A DNA stretch of 64,000 nt from NCBI GenBank assembly GCA_038248855.1, contig JBBRXA010000008.1, positions 2,982-66,981 of the forward strand. The letters run 5' to 3'. The DNA comes from Bacteroidales bacterium (lineage in GTDB: Bacteria; Bacteroidota; Bacteroidia; Bacteroidales; VadinHA17). The notes beneath the pieces were generated by a model. The model saw nothing but the letters and a program-made list of their open reading frames with translations, was not told where the DNA came from and did not search any database. The number at the start of each line of letters is the position of its first letter. Position 1 is the first letter of the stretch. The translations under genes and the position numbers were made by a program. Of this stretch, positions 49,807-58,443 are shown piece after piece.

Positions 49807-50220
49807 TCAGAGGGTCTCGATGACCCTTGCGCCGTCAGGCTGAACGGTGATTGATATCCTGAGTGTCTCGGGAGGAAGCAGGGGCTCAATCTTTTCAGGC
49901 CACTCCATGAAACAGGGAGAGAGAGTGTCAAAATATTCCTCTATGCCGAAGTCCAGTACCTCGGCCATGGACCTGATCCTGTAAAAATCGAAGTGGAACA
50001 CGGGCAGTTCTCCCGGCCGTCTGTATTCGTTTACAAGGGTAAATGTAGGGCTGGTTACGGTATCGGTCACACCCAGTTCCTTGCATAAGGCTTTTATGAA
50101 GGTGGTCTTTCCGGAGCCCATCTGGCCGTAGAATGCAAAGATATGACACTCCTTCGTTTCTGAGAGGAAATGTATGGCAGCATCCTTCAGGTGGCTTTTA
50201 TCCGTTACAACGATCTTCAT
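49807..50220 (-). CDS. tsaE: tRNA threonylcarbamoyladenosine biosynthesis ATPase
   Basis: GQMGSGKTTF, VTSPTFTLVNEY, HFDFYRI and EWPE. Start set at ATG 50220. Confidence 0.96.
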   Translation of the reverse strand: MKIVVTDKSHLKDAAIHFLSETKECHIFAFYGQMGSGKTTFIKALCKELGVTDTVTSPTFTLVNEYRRPGELPVFHFDFYRIRSMAEVLDFGIEEYFDTLSPCFMEWPEKIEPLLPPETLRISITVQPDGARVIETL

Positions 50221-50236
50221 CAGGCAAAAATATGCA

Positions 50237-51790
50237 TTAAACGGGCTCAAGGTATACCAGCGGCAGCAGCATCTCCTGCATCGATATTCCGCCGTGCTGT
50301 AACGAGTCTTTATAATAACTCACCACCTGGTTGTAATTATTCGGATAGACCAGGAAATCATTTTCCCGGGCGAAAATATATTTTGACGAAATGTTTGTCA
50401 TCGGGAGACCTGCCTTCACGGGGTCAGTAATCTCGAAAACATCTTTCGTACTGTAATTCATGTTCCTTCCGGTCTTGTAGCGCAGGTTCGCCGAAGTAAG
50501 CCTGTCGCCGATGACCCTGACAGGCCTGTTAACGCGTATTGAACCGTGATCGGTGGTAAAGATCACCCTGGCGCCTTTAGAAGCAACATGTTTAAGTAAC
50601 TCAAAAAGCGGTGAGTGGACAAACCAGGTATGGGTGAGGGTAAGCCATGACGCCTCATCTCCGGTCATGTCACGTATAAGGTCGACTTCAGTCCGTGCAT
50701 GACTGAGCATATCGACAAAATTGTAGACCAGGACGTTCAGGTCATTTGACATTAGCTGCTGCATCTTTTCGTTCACCGTCCTGCCCTCAGCCTCGGTCCT
50801 TATTTTATGATAGGACCACCTTCCGTTTATGCCTGCACGCTGGAGGTGCCTGGCAAGAAGCTTGTCCTCAAAAAGGTTCTTGCCTTCGTCTTCATGATCG
50901 CTGATCCAGTATTCAGGTGTGGAATCGCTGATGGCTGCAGGCATCAGCCCCGCAAAGAGCGCATTCCTTGAATACTGTGTCGATGTCGGAAGGATGCTCA
51001 GGTACAGTTCATCAGAAACATGGCGGAGGAACGGCGATAGATCGACTGCCATCGACTGCCACTGGTCGAGCCGCATATTGTCAATGATGATGCAAAAGAG
51101 TGGTGATCCCTTCCGGATGAGGGGAAATACCTTTTTAGACATTACGGCTGGCGACAGCAACGGCTTATCAGTTACGGAGGGGGAGAGCCATTTAAGGTAA
51201 TTCTTTTCCACAAAGCGTCCGAAAGCCCTGTTTGCATCTGACTCCTGCATACGGAGGACCTCTCTCATCCCGGTATCAGACGACCTTATCAGTTCTGCCT
51301 GCCAGAAAACGAGTTTTCGGTAAAGCTCGCTCCACTGATCAAAATCGGAGGCTTCCGATATCATCCCGGTAATCGACCCGAATTCACCCCTGAAAACAGA
51401 GGTTGTCTGCTTTGATACGATGCTGTCAAGATCGAGGATTTTCTTGAGTGACAGGAGTATCTGCTGGGGCTTGACAGGCTTGATAAGGTAATCGGCTATC
51501 TGAGAGCCTATTGCAGCCTCCATTATCTCCTCCTCCTCGCTCTTGGTTATCATTACAACCGGGATCGAGGGCTTCAGTTCCTTTATGCGGCGCAGGGTCT
51601 CGATACCGCTGAGCCCCGGCATATGTTCATCAAGGAAGATGATGTCATAAGGTTTTTCCTGGACCATGGTAATGGCATCCGTACCGCCTGGGCAGGTGTC
51701 AGTCTCGTAACCTTTCTCCTTAAGGAACAGAATATGTGATCTGAGAACCCCTACCTCGTCATCAACCCATAATATCCTTACCTGTCGCAT
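50237..51790 (-). CDS. porX: T9SS response regulator with PglZ/alkaline-phosphatase domain
   Basis: Receiver domain ILWVDDE, FLDEHMPG and MITKSEEE; PglZ motifs IDNMRLDQW, LPTSTQYSRNA, TTDHGS and QHGGIS. Confidence 0.92.
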   Translation of the reverse strand: MRQVRILWVDDEVGVLRSHILFLKEKGYETDTCPGGTDAITMVQEKPYDIIFLDEHMPGLSGIETLRRIKELKPSIPVVMITKSEEEEIMEAAIGSQIADYLIKPVKPQQILLSLKKILDLDSIVSKQTTSVFRGEFGSITGMISEASDFDQWSELYRKLVFWQAELIRSSDTGMREVLRMQESDANRAFGRFVEKNYLKWLSPSVTDKPLLSPAVMSKKVFPLIRKGSPLFCIIIDNMRLDQWQSMAVDLSPFLRHVSDELYLSILPTSTQYSRNALFAGLMPAAISDSTPEYWISDHEDEGKNLFEDKLLARHLQRAGINGRWSYHKIRTEAEGRTVNEKMQQLMSNDLNVLVYNFVDMLSHARTEVDLIRDMTGDEASWLTLTHTWFVHSPLFELLKHVASKGARVIFTTDHGSIRVNRPVRVIGDRLTSANLRYKTGRNMNYSTKDVFEITDPVKAGLPMTNISSKYIFARENDFLVYPNNYNQVVSYYKDSLQHGGISMQEMLLPLVYLEPV

Positions 51791-51804
51791 GTCAGCACAA
51801 TGGG

Positions 51805-54465
51805 TTATCTGAGCAGTGAGTACGTTTTGTCATAGAATATCCGGTAACGTTCCATATTCCTGTCATCCATGAATTTTGGCAGGTTGTCACGGCTTATGAC
51901 GAAGACGGATATCTGTGCTTCAGCAGCACCCCTGATCTCCTTCAGGGGGTCGAAAACTTTCAGATAAGCCATGGCTTCAGAAGTGGAGGCGAAGGGGCCG
52001 ACGGTTATTGTAAGGAACTTATTTTCTGCGGCAGTTCCTTCACTGCGGTAGTTTTTGTCACTGAAGTTATCAAGGTTGAAGTTGATGACGTCGAAGACCA
52101 TCTGGTTGAGGTTTGCCGAAACATTGGCAGCGACCAGCAGGACATGATGAGGTTGCAGCGTGTCTGCCACATAAAGCGTCTCAGCTATTTTGATATCATC
52201 CGCTATCCTCATCTCAGGGATCTCCCGCAGGAGGACCTCGATTATCTCCGCGGCTCTCGTGCCTTCCGGAGTTAACGGAAATCTTGCAACCAGGGAGTCA
52301 AGACCTGCCTTGTAAGCTGTTTCTCCGCGGGAAGCACCGGCGGCCATAGCCTGAAGGAGCATGAATTTTGGGGCAAGAGGATCGCGGCTGTACATTTTCA
52401 TTGCATTTTCACAAAGTGTGAATGCCTCTTCATAGCTGCCTGCGGCAAAGGCATTGTATGCCGACTCGTAAAGTATTTCTGAGGCTTTTGAGGCTTCCGT
52501 CTGTTTCGTGACATAGTCCGGGTCGGAGAGTATCCGGGCATACTCTGATGCGGGGAAGAGTGACAGCAATTCGGAGCGCCGCCGTTCCGCCCTTGCCGGA
52601 TCACTTTTTTGCAGCAGGCGGTACAGTTCCCAGAGGGCTTCGGCTCTTACAATGTCAGTGCCGCCTGGCCTGGCAGCTTCTTCGAATGATGTTGCGGCAA
52701 GGGTTGTATCACGTAGTCTTGAGGCGAGGACCTTTCCTTCGGCAAGGAGGGCGGCGGCGCTTTTTTGCCTCGATTGAGCCATAAGTGAGTCTGTCAGCGG
52801 GAGGTTTTTCAGATAGAATTCCGTGCTGCGCCCGGCTGCAACTCCGGCACTGTCAGGCTTACTCACCGCATCTCCGTTCTCGATCCCCTGGGTGGCAGGG
52901 TTCATCCTCGTCCTGTTGGCTCTTCTCCAGTTGTCCTCCAGCCTTCTCTCTCCCCACCTGCGTCTGAACTCCGTACGTCCGAAGGTGAGCGCTGCCTGGT
53001 TGTAAAAATACCAGCTTCCTTCCGCGGTGATTGAGTTCTGGTTACGCTGTTCATTTTCGTAATACTGCCCCATGTTGTAGCGGTCACTGCCGGTGGTTTC
53101 CTGCCTGGCCCGGGTCTCTTCCTCCTGCAGCTTTCTGATAATTCCCGATATAAGTGATTCACGCTCAGCGGGGCTCATGAGGGCTACCCTTCGCAGACTG
53201 TCTTCAACGGATACCACCGTGTGAAAACCGGCATATTCATTGAGATCCGAGGAGGTACGGCTGATAGCATCATAATCAGGAAATCTCCTGTCAATAATAA
53301 ACATAGCGCTGTCATAGTACCTCTGGGCTTTTACATACGAGGGTGCCGAATAGAAATATTCCCCGAGTGCCAGGTAAGACCTTGCTTTCTGGCGGTTGTT
53401 GCCGGTGCTGGTCCTGGCCGATTCCGACCACAGTTCCAGGGCACCTTCAATGTTGCCCTGGCGGCGCTCAATTTCCCCGAGTGCAAAATATATCTGGTCA
53501 AGGTATTCCTTATTCTTCGAATCGCGCAGCATTTTCCGCAGCGTTTTCTTCAGGTCGGCAGCATCACCTGACGAGACATCCGCTACCCCTGCGAGGTTAA
53601 TGCCCGCATTGAATTCAAGGTCATACGGAGGGTTCATCCGCATTACATCAGTGAAATATTTCGTCGACCGGGCGTTGTCACCTCCGGCCTTGCAGGTCTG
53701 TGCAAGCAGGTATGTCAGGCGCACCTTCGTCTGCTTGTCACTGCTGTACCCGACGGCACTTATAAGGGGATCAATTGCCTTCTCATACCTCTTCTGGCGA
53801 AGGGCAATATCTGCCGAAGTGGACCAGATCATTGCCTGCAGGTTCTTCGACAGCTTTTCGGGCTCAGTTATACCCTGCAGCAGGCGTTCCGCCTCCTGGT
53901 AGTTGCCTTCTTCAGTATGGATGCGGGCCATCCATATGGCTGATTCGTTAATTATTCCCGGGTCTTTTGTGAGTCCCAGGTTGTATGACAGGGTAGCCCT
54001 TGCACCGGTAAAATTCTTCTGGTAAAACTGGGCTTTGGCCATCAGCAGGTAGGAATCGTCAACATACTGATTGTATTCCCTCCTGTTGTAAAATTCTTCA
54101 TCTCCGGCGCTGCGGTCTCCCCGTTTTTTTTCTTCGGGTTTGGCTGTTATAGAGTAAAGGGCGATAAGCTTGGAGGCTTTCTGAACAGCTCTTTCCATAT
54201 CGGACCCGGATACCTGGGCTGCCTCAGGAGTGGAATATTCAAAAACGGGCAGGAGCGCACTGTAATCATCACGGTGCGCGTCTTTAACTTTTGCCACACC
54301 TGCCTTATAGGCTTCATATCCGTTGAAATAGATGTTGTATTTTGAAATAAGGGAATGGTAAAACCGGCTTGCTCCCGTGTTTTTCTCCACCGAGCAGCCT
54401 GCAACCAGTGCGGTGAGCACCAGGGTCAACGCGATATTATATGATAAGCGCCGTGATGTCAACAA
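51805..54465 (-). CDS. porW: T9SS TPR lipoprotein PorW/SprE
   Basis: Lipobox VAGC, KN...RFYH....YNIYFNG, TPR repeats, and WYFYN...G..EF.R.WG.R.LEDNWRR. Confidence 0.88.
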   Translation of the reverse strand: MLTSRRLSYNIALTLVLTALVAGCSVEKNTGASRFYHSLISKYNIYFNGYEAYKAGVAKVKDAHRDDYSALLPVFEYSTPEAAQVSGSDMERAVQKASKLIALYSITAKPEEKKRGDRSAGDEEFYNRREYNQYVDDSYLLMAKAQFYQKNFTGARATLSYNLGLTKDPGIINESAIWMARIHTEEGNYQEAERLLQGITEPEKLSKNLQAMIWSTSADIALRQKRYEKAIDPLISAVGYSSDKQTKVRLTYLLAQTCKAGGDNARSTKYFTDVMRMNPPYDLEFNAGINLAGVADVSSGDAADLKKTLRKMLRDSKNKEYLDQIYFALGEIERRQGNIEGALELWSESARTSTGNNRQKARSYLALGEYFYSAPSYVKAQRYYDSAMFIIDRRFPDYDAISRTSSDLNEYAGFHTVVSVEDSLRRVALMSPAERESLISGIIRKLQEEETRARQETTGSDRYNMGQYYENEQRNQNSITAEGSWYFYNQAALTFGRTEFRRRWGERRLEDNWRRANRTRMNPATQGIENGDAVSKPDSAGVAAGRSTEFYLKNLPLTDSLMAQSRQKSAAALLAEGKVLASRLRDTTLAATSFEEAARPGGTDIVRAEALWELYRLLQKSDPARAERRRSELLSLFPASEYARILSDPDYVTKQTEASKASEILYESAYNAFAAGSYEEAFTLCENAMKMYSRDPLAPKFMLLQAMAAGASRGETAYKAGLDSLVARFPLTPEGTRAAEIIEVLLREIPEMRIADDIKIAETLYVADTLQPHHVLLVAANVSANLNQMVFDVINFNLDNFSDKNYRSEGTAAENKFLTITVGPFASTSEAMAYLKVFDPLKEIRGAAEAQISVFVISRDNLPKFMDDRNMERYRIFYDKTYSLLR

Positions 54466-54507
54466 ATGCGGTTTATACTATAACTGCACCGGGCAGCATA
54501 AAGTATT

Positions 54508-54515
54508 CAAAGGTA
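54508..54515 (-). promoter_or_regulatory. -7 promoter box for porW-porX
   Basis: TACCTTTG on the minus strand. Confidence 0.55.
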
Positions 54516-54561
54516 ATAAAAAGAGGCTAGAATCAGTTCCGGGGCGGCAGAAGCAAGGCGG

Positions 54562-55662
54562 TTACTTCATCTGAACAGGTTTGGTGGGGGCAAGGTCGGC
54601 GTTGCGCTTTTCGACACTGGCAACAACAGCATCGGCAAGGTTCATGAATGCGATACCCGGTTCACTGTCGCCCAGAGCCGCAGGAATCCCCGCATCACCT
54701 CCGTCGCAAATGCTTTCGACTATCGGGATCTGTCCCAGCAGTCCGGCCTTCGCTTCCTCAGCCAGCCTTCTTCCTCCCTCCTTGCCGAAGATGTAGTACC
54801 TGCGTCCGGGCAGTTCCGGGGCTATAAAATATGACATGTTTTCCACCAGACCCAGAACAGGGACGTTTATGCTTTCACTGCGGAACATTGCGATGCCCTT
54901 GCGGGCGTCTGCCAGCGCAACTTCCTGCGGGGTGGTTACGACTATCGCTCCGGTCACAGGCACCTCCTGCACAAGAGTCAGATGTATGTCACTGGTGCCG
55001 GGAGGCAGGTCGAAGATGAGGTAATCAAGATCACCCCAGTCGCCCTGGCTGATAAGCTGTTTCAGGAAACTGCTGGCCATGGGCCCGCGCCATATGACCG
55101 CTTCTGAGTCCCTGACAAAGAAACCGATTGAAAGGATCTTTACCCCGTATTTTTCAAGCGGGGTGATCCAGTCTTTTCCGTCCCTGCTTACCATTTCGGG
55201 CTTATAGCTTTCAGCGCTGAACATCTTGGGAACGGAAGGGCCGAAAATATCGGCGTCAAGGAGACCGGTGGCATAGCCCTTTCTCGCCAGAGCAACGGCG
55301 AGGTTTACCGCCACGGTTGATTTTCCTACACCTCCCTTGCCTGATGAAACGGCAATTATGTTCCTGACTCCGGGCAGGACCTCTCTTTTGGGTGCCACGG
55401 TTTTTCCGACTACGGTTTTCGGGTTGACATCTATCGAGGTTATTACGGCGTCAGGCCCCAGGGCGTCTTTAACAGCCCTGACGCAATTGCTTTTAATCGA
55501 AGAAAGAAAGGGATCATTCGACTTTTCCGGGATCAGCACCAGTTTAATGCCTTCATCCGTGATTTCCACATCACCAATTATTCCAAGGGTTACAATGTCA
55601 CTTCCCTTTTCCGGGTGACTTACCTTCCTCAGCGCTGAAATTACCTGTTCTTTTGTATACAT
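54562..55662 (-). CDS. mrp: Mrp/NBP35/ApbC family ATPase
   Basis: SSGKGGVGKST, LDADIFGPS, IWRGPM, DLPPGTSD and GLVENMS. Confidence 0.93.
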   Translation of the reverse strand: MYTKEQVISALRKVSHPEKGSDIVTLGIIGDVEITDEGIKLVLIPEKSNDPFLSSIKSNCVRAVKDALGPDAVITSIDVNPKTVVGKTVAPKREVLPGVRNIIAVSSGKGGVGKSTVAVNLAVALARKGYATGLLDADIFGPSVPKMFSAESYKPEMVSRDGKDWITPLEKYGVKILSIGFFVRDSEAVIWRGPMASSFLKQLISQGDWGDLDYLIFDLPPGTSDIHLTLVQEVPVTGAIVVTTPQEVALADARKGIAMFRSESINVPVLGLVENMSYFIAPELPGRRYYIFGKEGGRRLAEEAKAGLLGQIPIVESICDGGDAGIPAALGDSEPGIAFMNLADAVVASVEKRNADLAPTKPVQMK

Positions 55663-55666
55663 TATT

Positions 55667-55689
55667 TTATTTAGATTTATTCTGAATAA
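55667..55689. promoter_or_regulatory. 9-5-9 AT-rich palindrome immediately upstream of mrp (candidate repressor site)
   Basis: TTATTTAGA-TTTAT-TCTGAATAA, 8/9 symmetric. Confidence 0.5.
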
Positions 55690-55739
55690 TCTGATTCATT
55701 AGCAGTTAGGGATGCCGGTTATAGAACATCCCCCGTTGT

Positions 55740-56099
55740 TTAAAGTTCAGCAGACGGGTCCCAGAATTTCTCCCTGAAATCCAGCACGCAATCGTCCTCC
55801 ACTGTGAACCCTTCATTTTCAAGAAGTTGTTGCATAGTAGAGGAGTTTCCGAAGTGATGTTTTCCGGTGAGCATCCCGTTGCGGTTCACCACCCGGTGTG
55901 CCGGGATGAAGTCAGAACAGGTGTGGGAGGAGTTCAGTGCCCAGCCTACCATGCGTGCAGAACGACCGGTGCCGAGATACCGTGCAATGGCTCCGTACGA
56001 TGTTATACGACCGTAGGGTACCAGTCTTGCCACTTCGTAGACAAGGTCGAAGAAGCCTTCATTTCCACCCTTCTCCGGGGCTGACGATCTCTTTTTCAT
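55740..56099 (-). CDS. Alkyltransferase-like (ATL/MGMT-family) protein
   Basis: VPYGRITSYGAIA, ARMVGWAL and PAHRVVN (Ala in place of the acceptor Cys). Confidence 0.88.
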   Translation of the reverse strand: MKKRSSAPEKGGNEGFFDLVYEVARLVPYGRITSYGAIARYLGTGRSARMVGWALNSSHTCSDFIPAHRVVNRNGMLTGKHHFGNSSTMQQLLENEGFTVEDDCVLDFREKFWDPSAEL

Positions 56100-56766
56100 T
56101 GTCGATTATGAATGAGAGGTATGTTATAGGAATGCCCCGGTCAAGGAAGATCTGCTCATAATGTGTGCGTATCGATAGCATCGGGTCATCGGGCATTTCT
56201 GCGTACAGGTCGGTAACGGCACTTATCAGCACGAGTCCGTTTTTCCACACAAGGGCCAGGGTGTAATCAAACAGCTCCCTGCAGTCGGTCTTCAGGTGCA
56301 GCGTCCCGCCGTCCTTCATTATGCTTCTGTACAGGTTCATAAATACCGGACCCGCCAGCCGCTTCTTCTCTCTTGTCCGTTTAAGCTGGGGATCGGGGAA
56401 CGTTATCCATATCTCATCAACTTCACCCGGAGCAAAAAATGATTTGATAAACTCGATGCGCGTACGGAGGAAAGTGACATTGGGCAACCGTTTGTGATGC
56501 GTATCCCTGGCCCCTTTCCATATCCTTGCACCTTTTATGTCTATTCCGATGATATTTTTCTGCGGGTATTTTTCGGCAAGGCCAACAGTGTATTCTCCCC
56601 TTCCGCAGCCAAGCTCCAGGACTATGGGGCTGGAATTTTCAAACCACTCACTGTTCCATTTGCCTTTAAGCTCATGATCTTTTTGAAACACCTCGGTAAA
56701 AGGTGGTTCTATAACATGCTCATAGCCTTTCAGTTCAGTCCACCTCGCCAGTTTGTTCTTTCCCAA
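56059..56766 (-). CDS. trmB: tRNA (guanine-N7)-methyltransferase
   Basis: LELGCGRGEY, GIDIKGAR, WITFPDPQ, HLKTD and THYE. Confidence 0.95.
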   Translation of the reverse strand: MGKNKLARWTELKGYEHVIEPPFTEVFQKDHELKGKWNSEWFENSSPIVLELGCGRGEYTVGLAEKYPQKNIIGIDIKGARIWKGARDTHHKRLPNVTFLRTRIEFIKSFFAPGEVDEIWITFPDPQLKRTREKKRLAGPVFMNLYRSIMKDGGTLHLKTDCRELFDYTLALVWKNGLVLISAVTDLYAEMPDDPMLSIRTHYEQIFLDRGIPITYLSFIIDNEKEIVSPGEGWK

Positions 56767-56782
56767 TGCCGAATAAATTATG

Positions 56783-57262
56783 TCAGTCAGTTCTTAAGAA
56801 AATCTTCATCCCGATGTCATAGACCCCGGTAAGAACAGTATCCCTCATGCCTTGGATCACCCTGAAATGATATTCTCCGGCTTCGGGAAAGAAAACATTG
56901 GATTTGTATGGAATTACAGCTTCACGGATGTCACCTGCGCCTTTGCCCAGCCATTCACCTTTTTCATCGGTAAGAATTCCCTGCACGGTATCGGTAAGGG
57001 TTGTTCCCGACGGGAATGTGGTTATGACGAAAAGATAGAGATTGCGGTAAGGATATTCTGTGGATGTACGCACGGAGAGGTTCACGTTGTATGATCCTAT
57101 TGTATCATTCACTGTGCAGGCGAAACCGGCGGGGTCATACATTGACCATTCCGCATTCTCCATTTTGACAATATCACTGTACATAGTATTCCTGCCGCAG
57201 GAGGTCAGCATCACAATTACTGTGAGGGCCGGCAAAAAAATTATCCTACTTGCTGTTTTCAT
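56783..57262 (-). CDS. gldH: Lipoprotein GldH
   Basis: Signal and lipobox LTSC, R....YPYRNLYL, G.WLGKG and QGMR...L.GV.DIG. Start set at ATG 57262. Confidence 0.88.
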   Translation of the reverse strand: MKTASRIIFLPALTVIVMLTSCGRNTMYSDIVKMENAEWSMYDPAGFACTVNDTIGSYNVNLSVRTSTEYPYRNLYLFVITTFPSGTTLTDTVQGILTDEKGEWLGKGAGDIREAVIPYKSNVFFPEAGEYHFRVIQGMRDTVLTGVYDIGMKIFLRTD

Positions 57263-58385
57263 TTTTTCTGCGTTGCGGTCTTCTGTTGCTGCGGTTCTCC
57301 CTGGGTGTGCTCTTCGATTCAAAACGGGATAATCCGCTGTTCTGGAGGAGGAGGTCGCTTCCGACATTAAGCGGCTGATTTTCAGGAATTACGATGAGCT
57401 TGTCCGGCTTGACTCCCTTCCTGTTTAGCTGCTGTATCTCGCGGACGCGTGCCACCGGAACAGGGGTAAGGTTAACAGCCATGCGCTGATCTGAAGAATA
57501 CCAGTAGATTCCCTTGTGCACTTCCATCTTCTGGAACCAGGCTGTGCCGCCGGCAAGTTCCAGGGGAACCTCTCTGTGAGGGAATTCCTTCTGGGCGTCA
57601 AGATAGCTGTCCAGCTCGAAGTTCAGACAGCATTTCAGTTTGCCGCACTGTCCGGCAAGTTTCTGGGGATTGAGCGACAGGTCCTGGTAACGTGCATGGG
57701 TGGTTGTCACCGACATGAAGTTCGTGATATAGGTCGAACAGCACAGTTCACGCCCGCAGGTACCTATTCCGCCTATTCTCCCGGCTTCCTGGCGGGCGCC
57801 TATCTGCCTCATCTCGATACGGATGCGGAATTCATCGGCAAGGACCTTAATCAGCTGCCTGAAATCTACTCTCTCATCGGCAAGGTAATAGAAGATGGCC
57901 TTTGTCTTGTCTCCCTGGTATTCAACATCGCCGATCTTCATGTTGAGTCCTGTTTCTTCGGCAATCTTTCTCGATCTGAGCATCGTATGTACCTCAAGCT
58001 TCTTTGCCTCTTCCCACTTCTGCAGATCTACAGGCTTGGCTTTTCGGTACACTTTCTTGAGTTCATCGACCACCGGTCTCACTTTCAGCCTCTTCAGCTG
58101 GTCATGCACGAGGTAACCCGTCATGGAGATTCTGCCTATGTCGTGGCCCGGAGAAGCCTCGACGGCCACTGTGTCTCCCATCTCCAGCTTAAGGTCATTG
58201 ATGTTGCGGTAGAAACCCTTACGGGTGTTCTTGAAGCGTACCTCTACCACCTCGTTGAAACGGGGGTCAAAGGGCAGTTCACCAAGCCAGTTGAACTCGT
58301 CGAGCTTGTTCTCGCCGCATTTGTATTTTGTTTCAGGCTGGTGAAGCTCCTCGCTTCCCGGTACCTGTATATCTTCGTTTGTCAT
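57246..58385 (-). CDS. PSP1/RicT (YaaT) family Fe-S protein
   Basis: VEVRFKN.RK, FYYLADERVDFR.L, RQIGARQEA, GTCGRELCC and AGQCGKLKCCL. Confidence 0.92.
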   Translation of the reverse strand: MTNEDIQVPGSEELHQPETKYKCGENKLDEFNWLGELPFDPRFNEVVEVRFKNTRKGFYRNINDLKLEMGDTVAVEASPGHDIGRISMTGYLVHDQLKRLKVRPVVDELKKVYRKAKPVDLQKWEEAKKLEVHTMLRSRKIAEETGLNMKIGDVEYQGDKTKAIFYYLADERVDFRQLIKVLADEFRIRIEMRQIGARQEAGRIGGIGTCGRELCCSTYITNFMSVTTTHARYQDLSLNPQKLAGQCGKLKCCLNFELDSYLDAQKEFPHREVPLELAGGTAWFQKMEVHKGIYWYSSDQRMAVNLTPVPVARVREIQQLNRKGVKPDKLIVIPENQPLNVGSDLLLQNSGLSRFESKSTPRENRSNRRPQRRKNENSK

Positions 58386-58399
58386 CTCAGTTGTCAGTG

Positions 58400-58407
58400 C
58401 AAATTTA
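58400..58407 (-). promoter_or_regulatory. -7 promoter box for the PSP1-gldH-trmB operon
   Basis: TAAATTTG(CA) on the minus strand. Confidence 0.6.
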
Positions 58408-58443
58408 GAAATAATAGACCGATATTCAACCTGACAGCAACCG

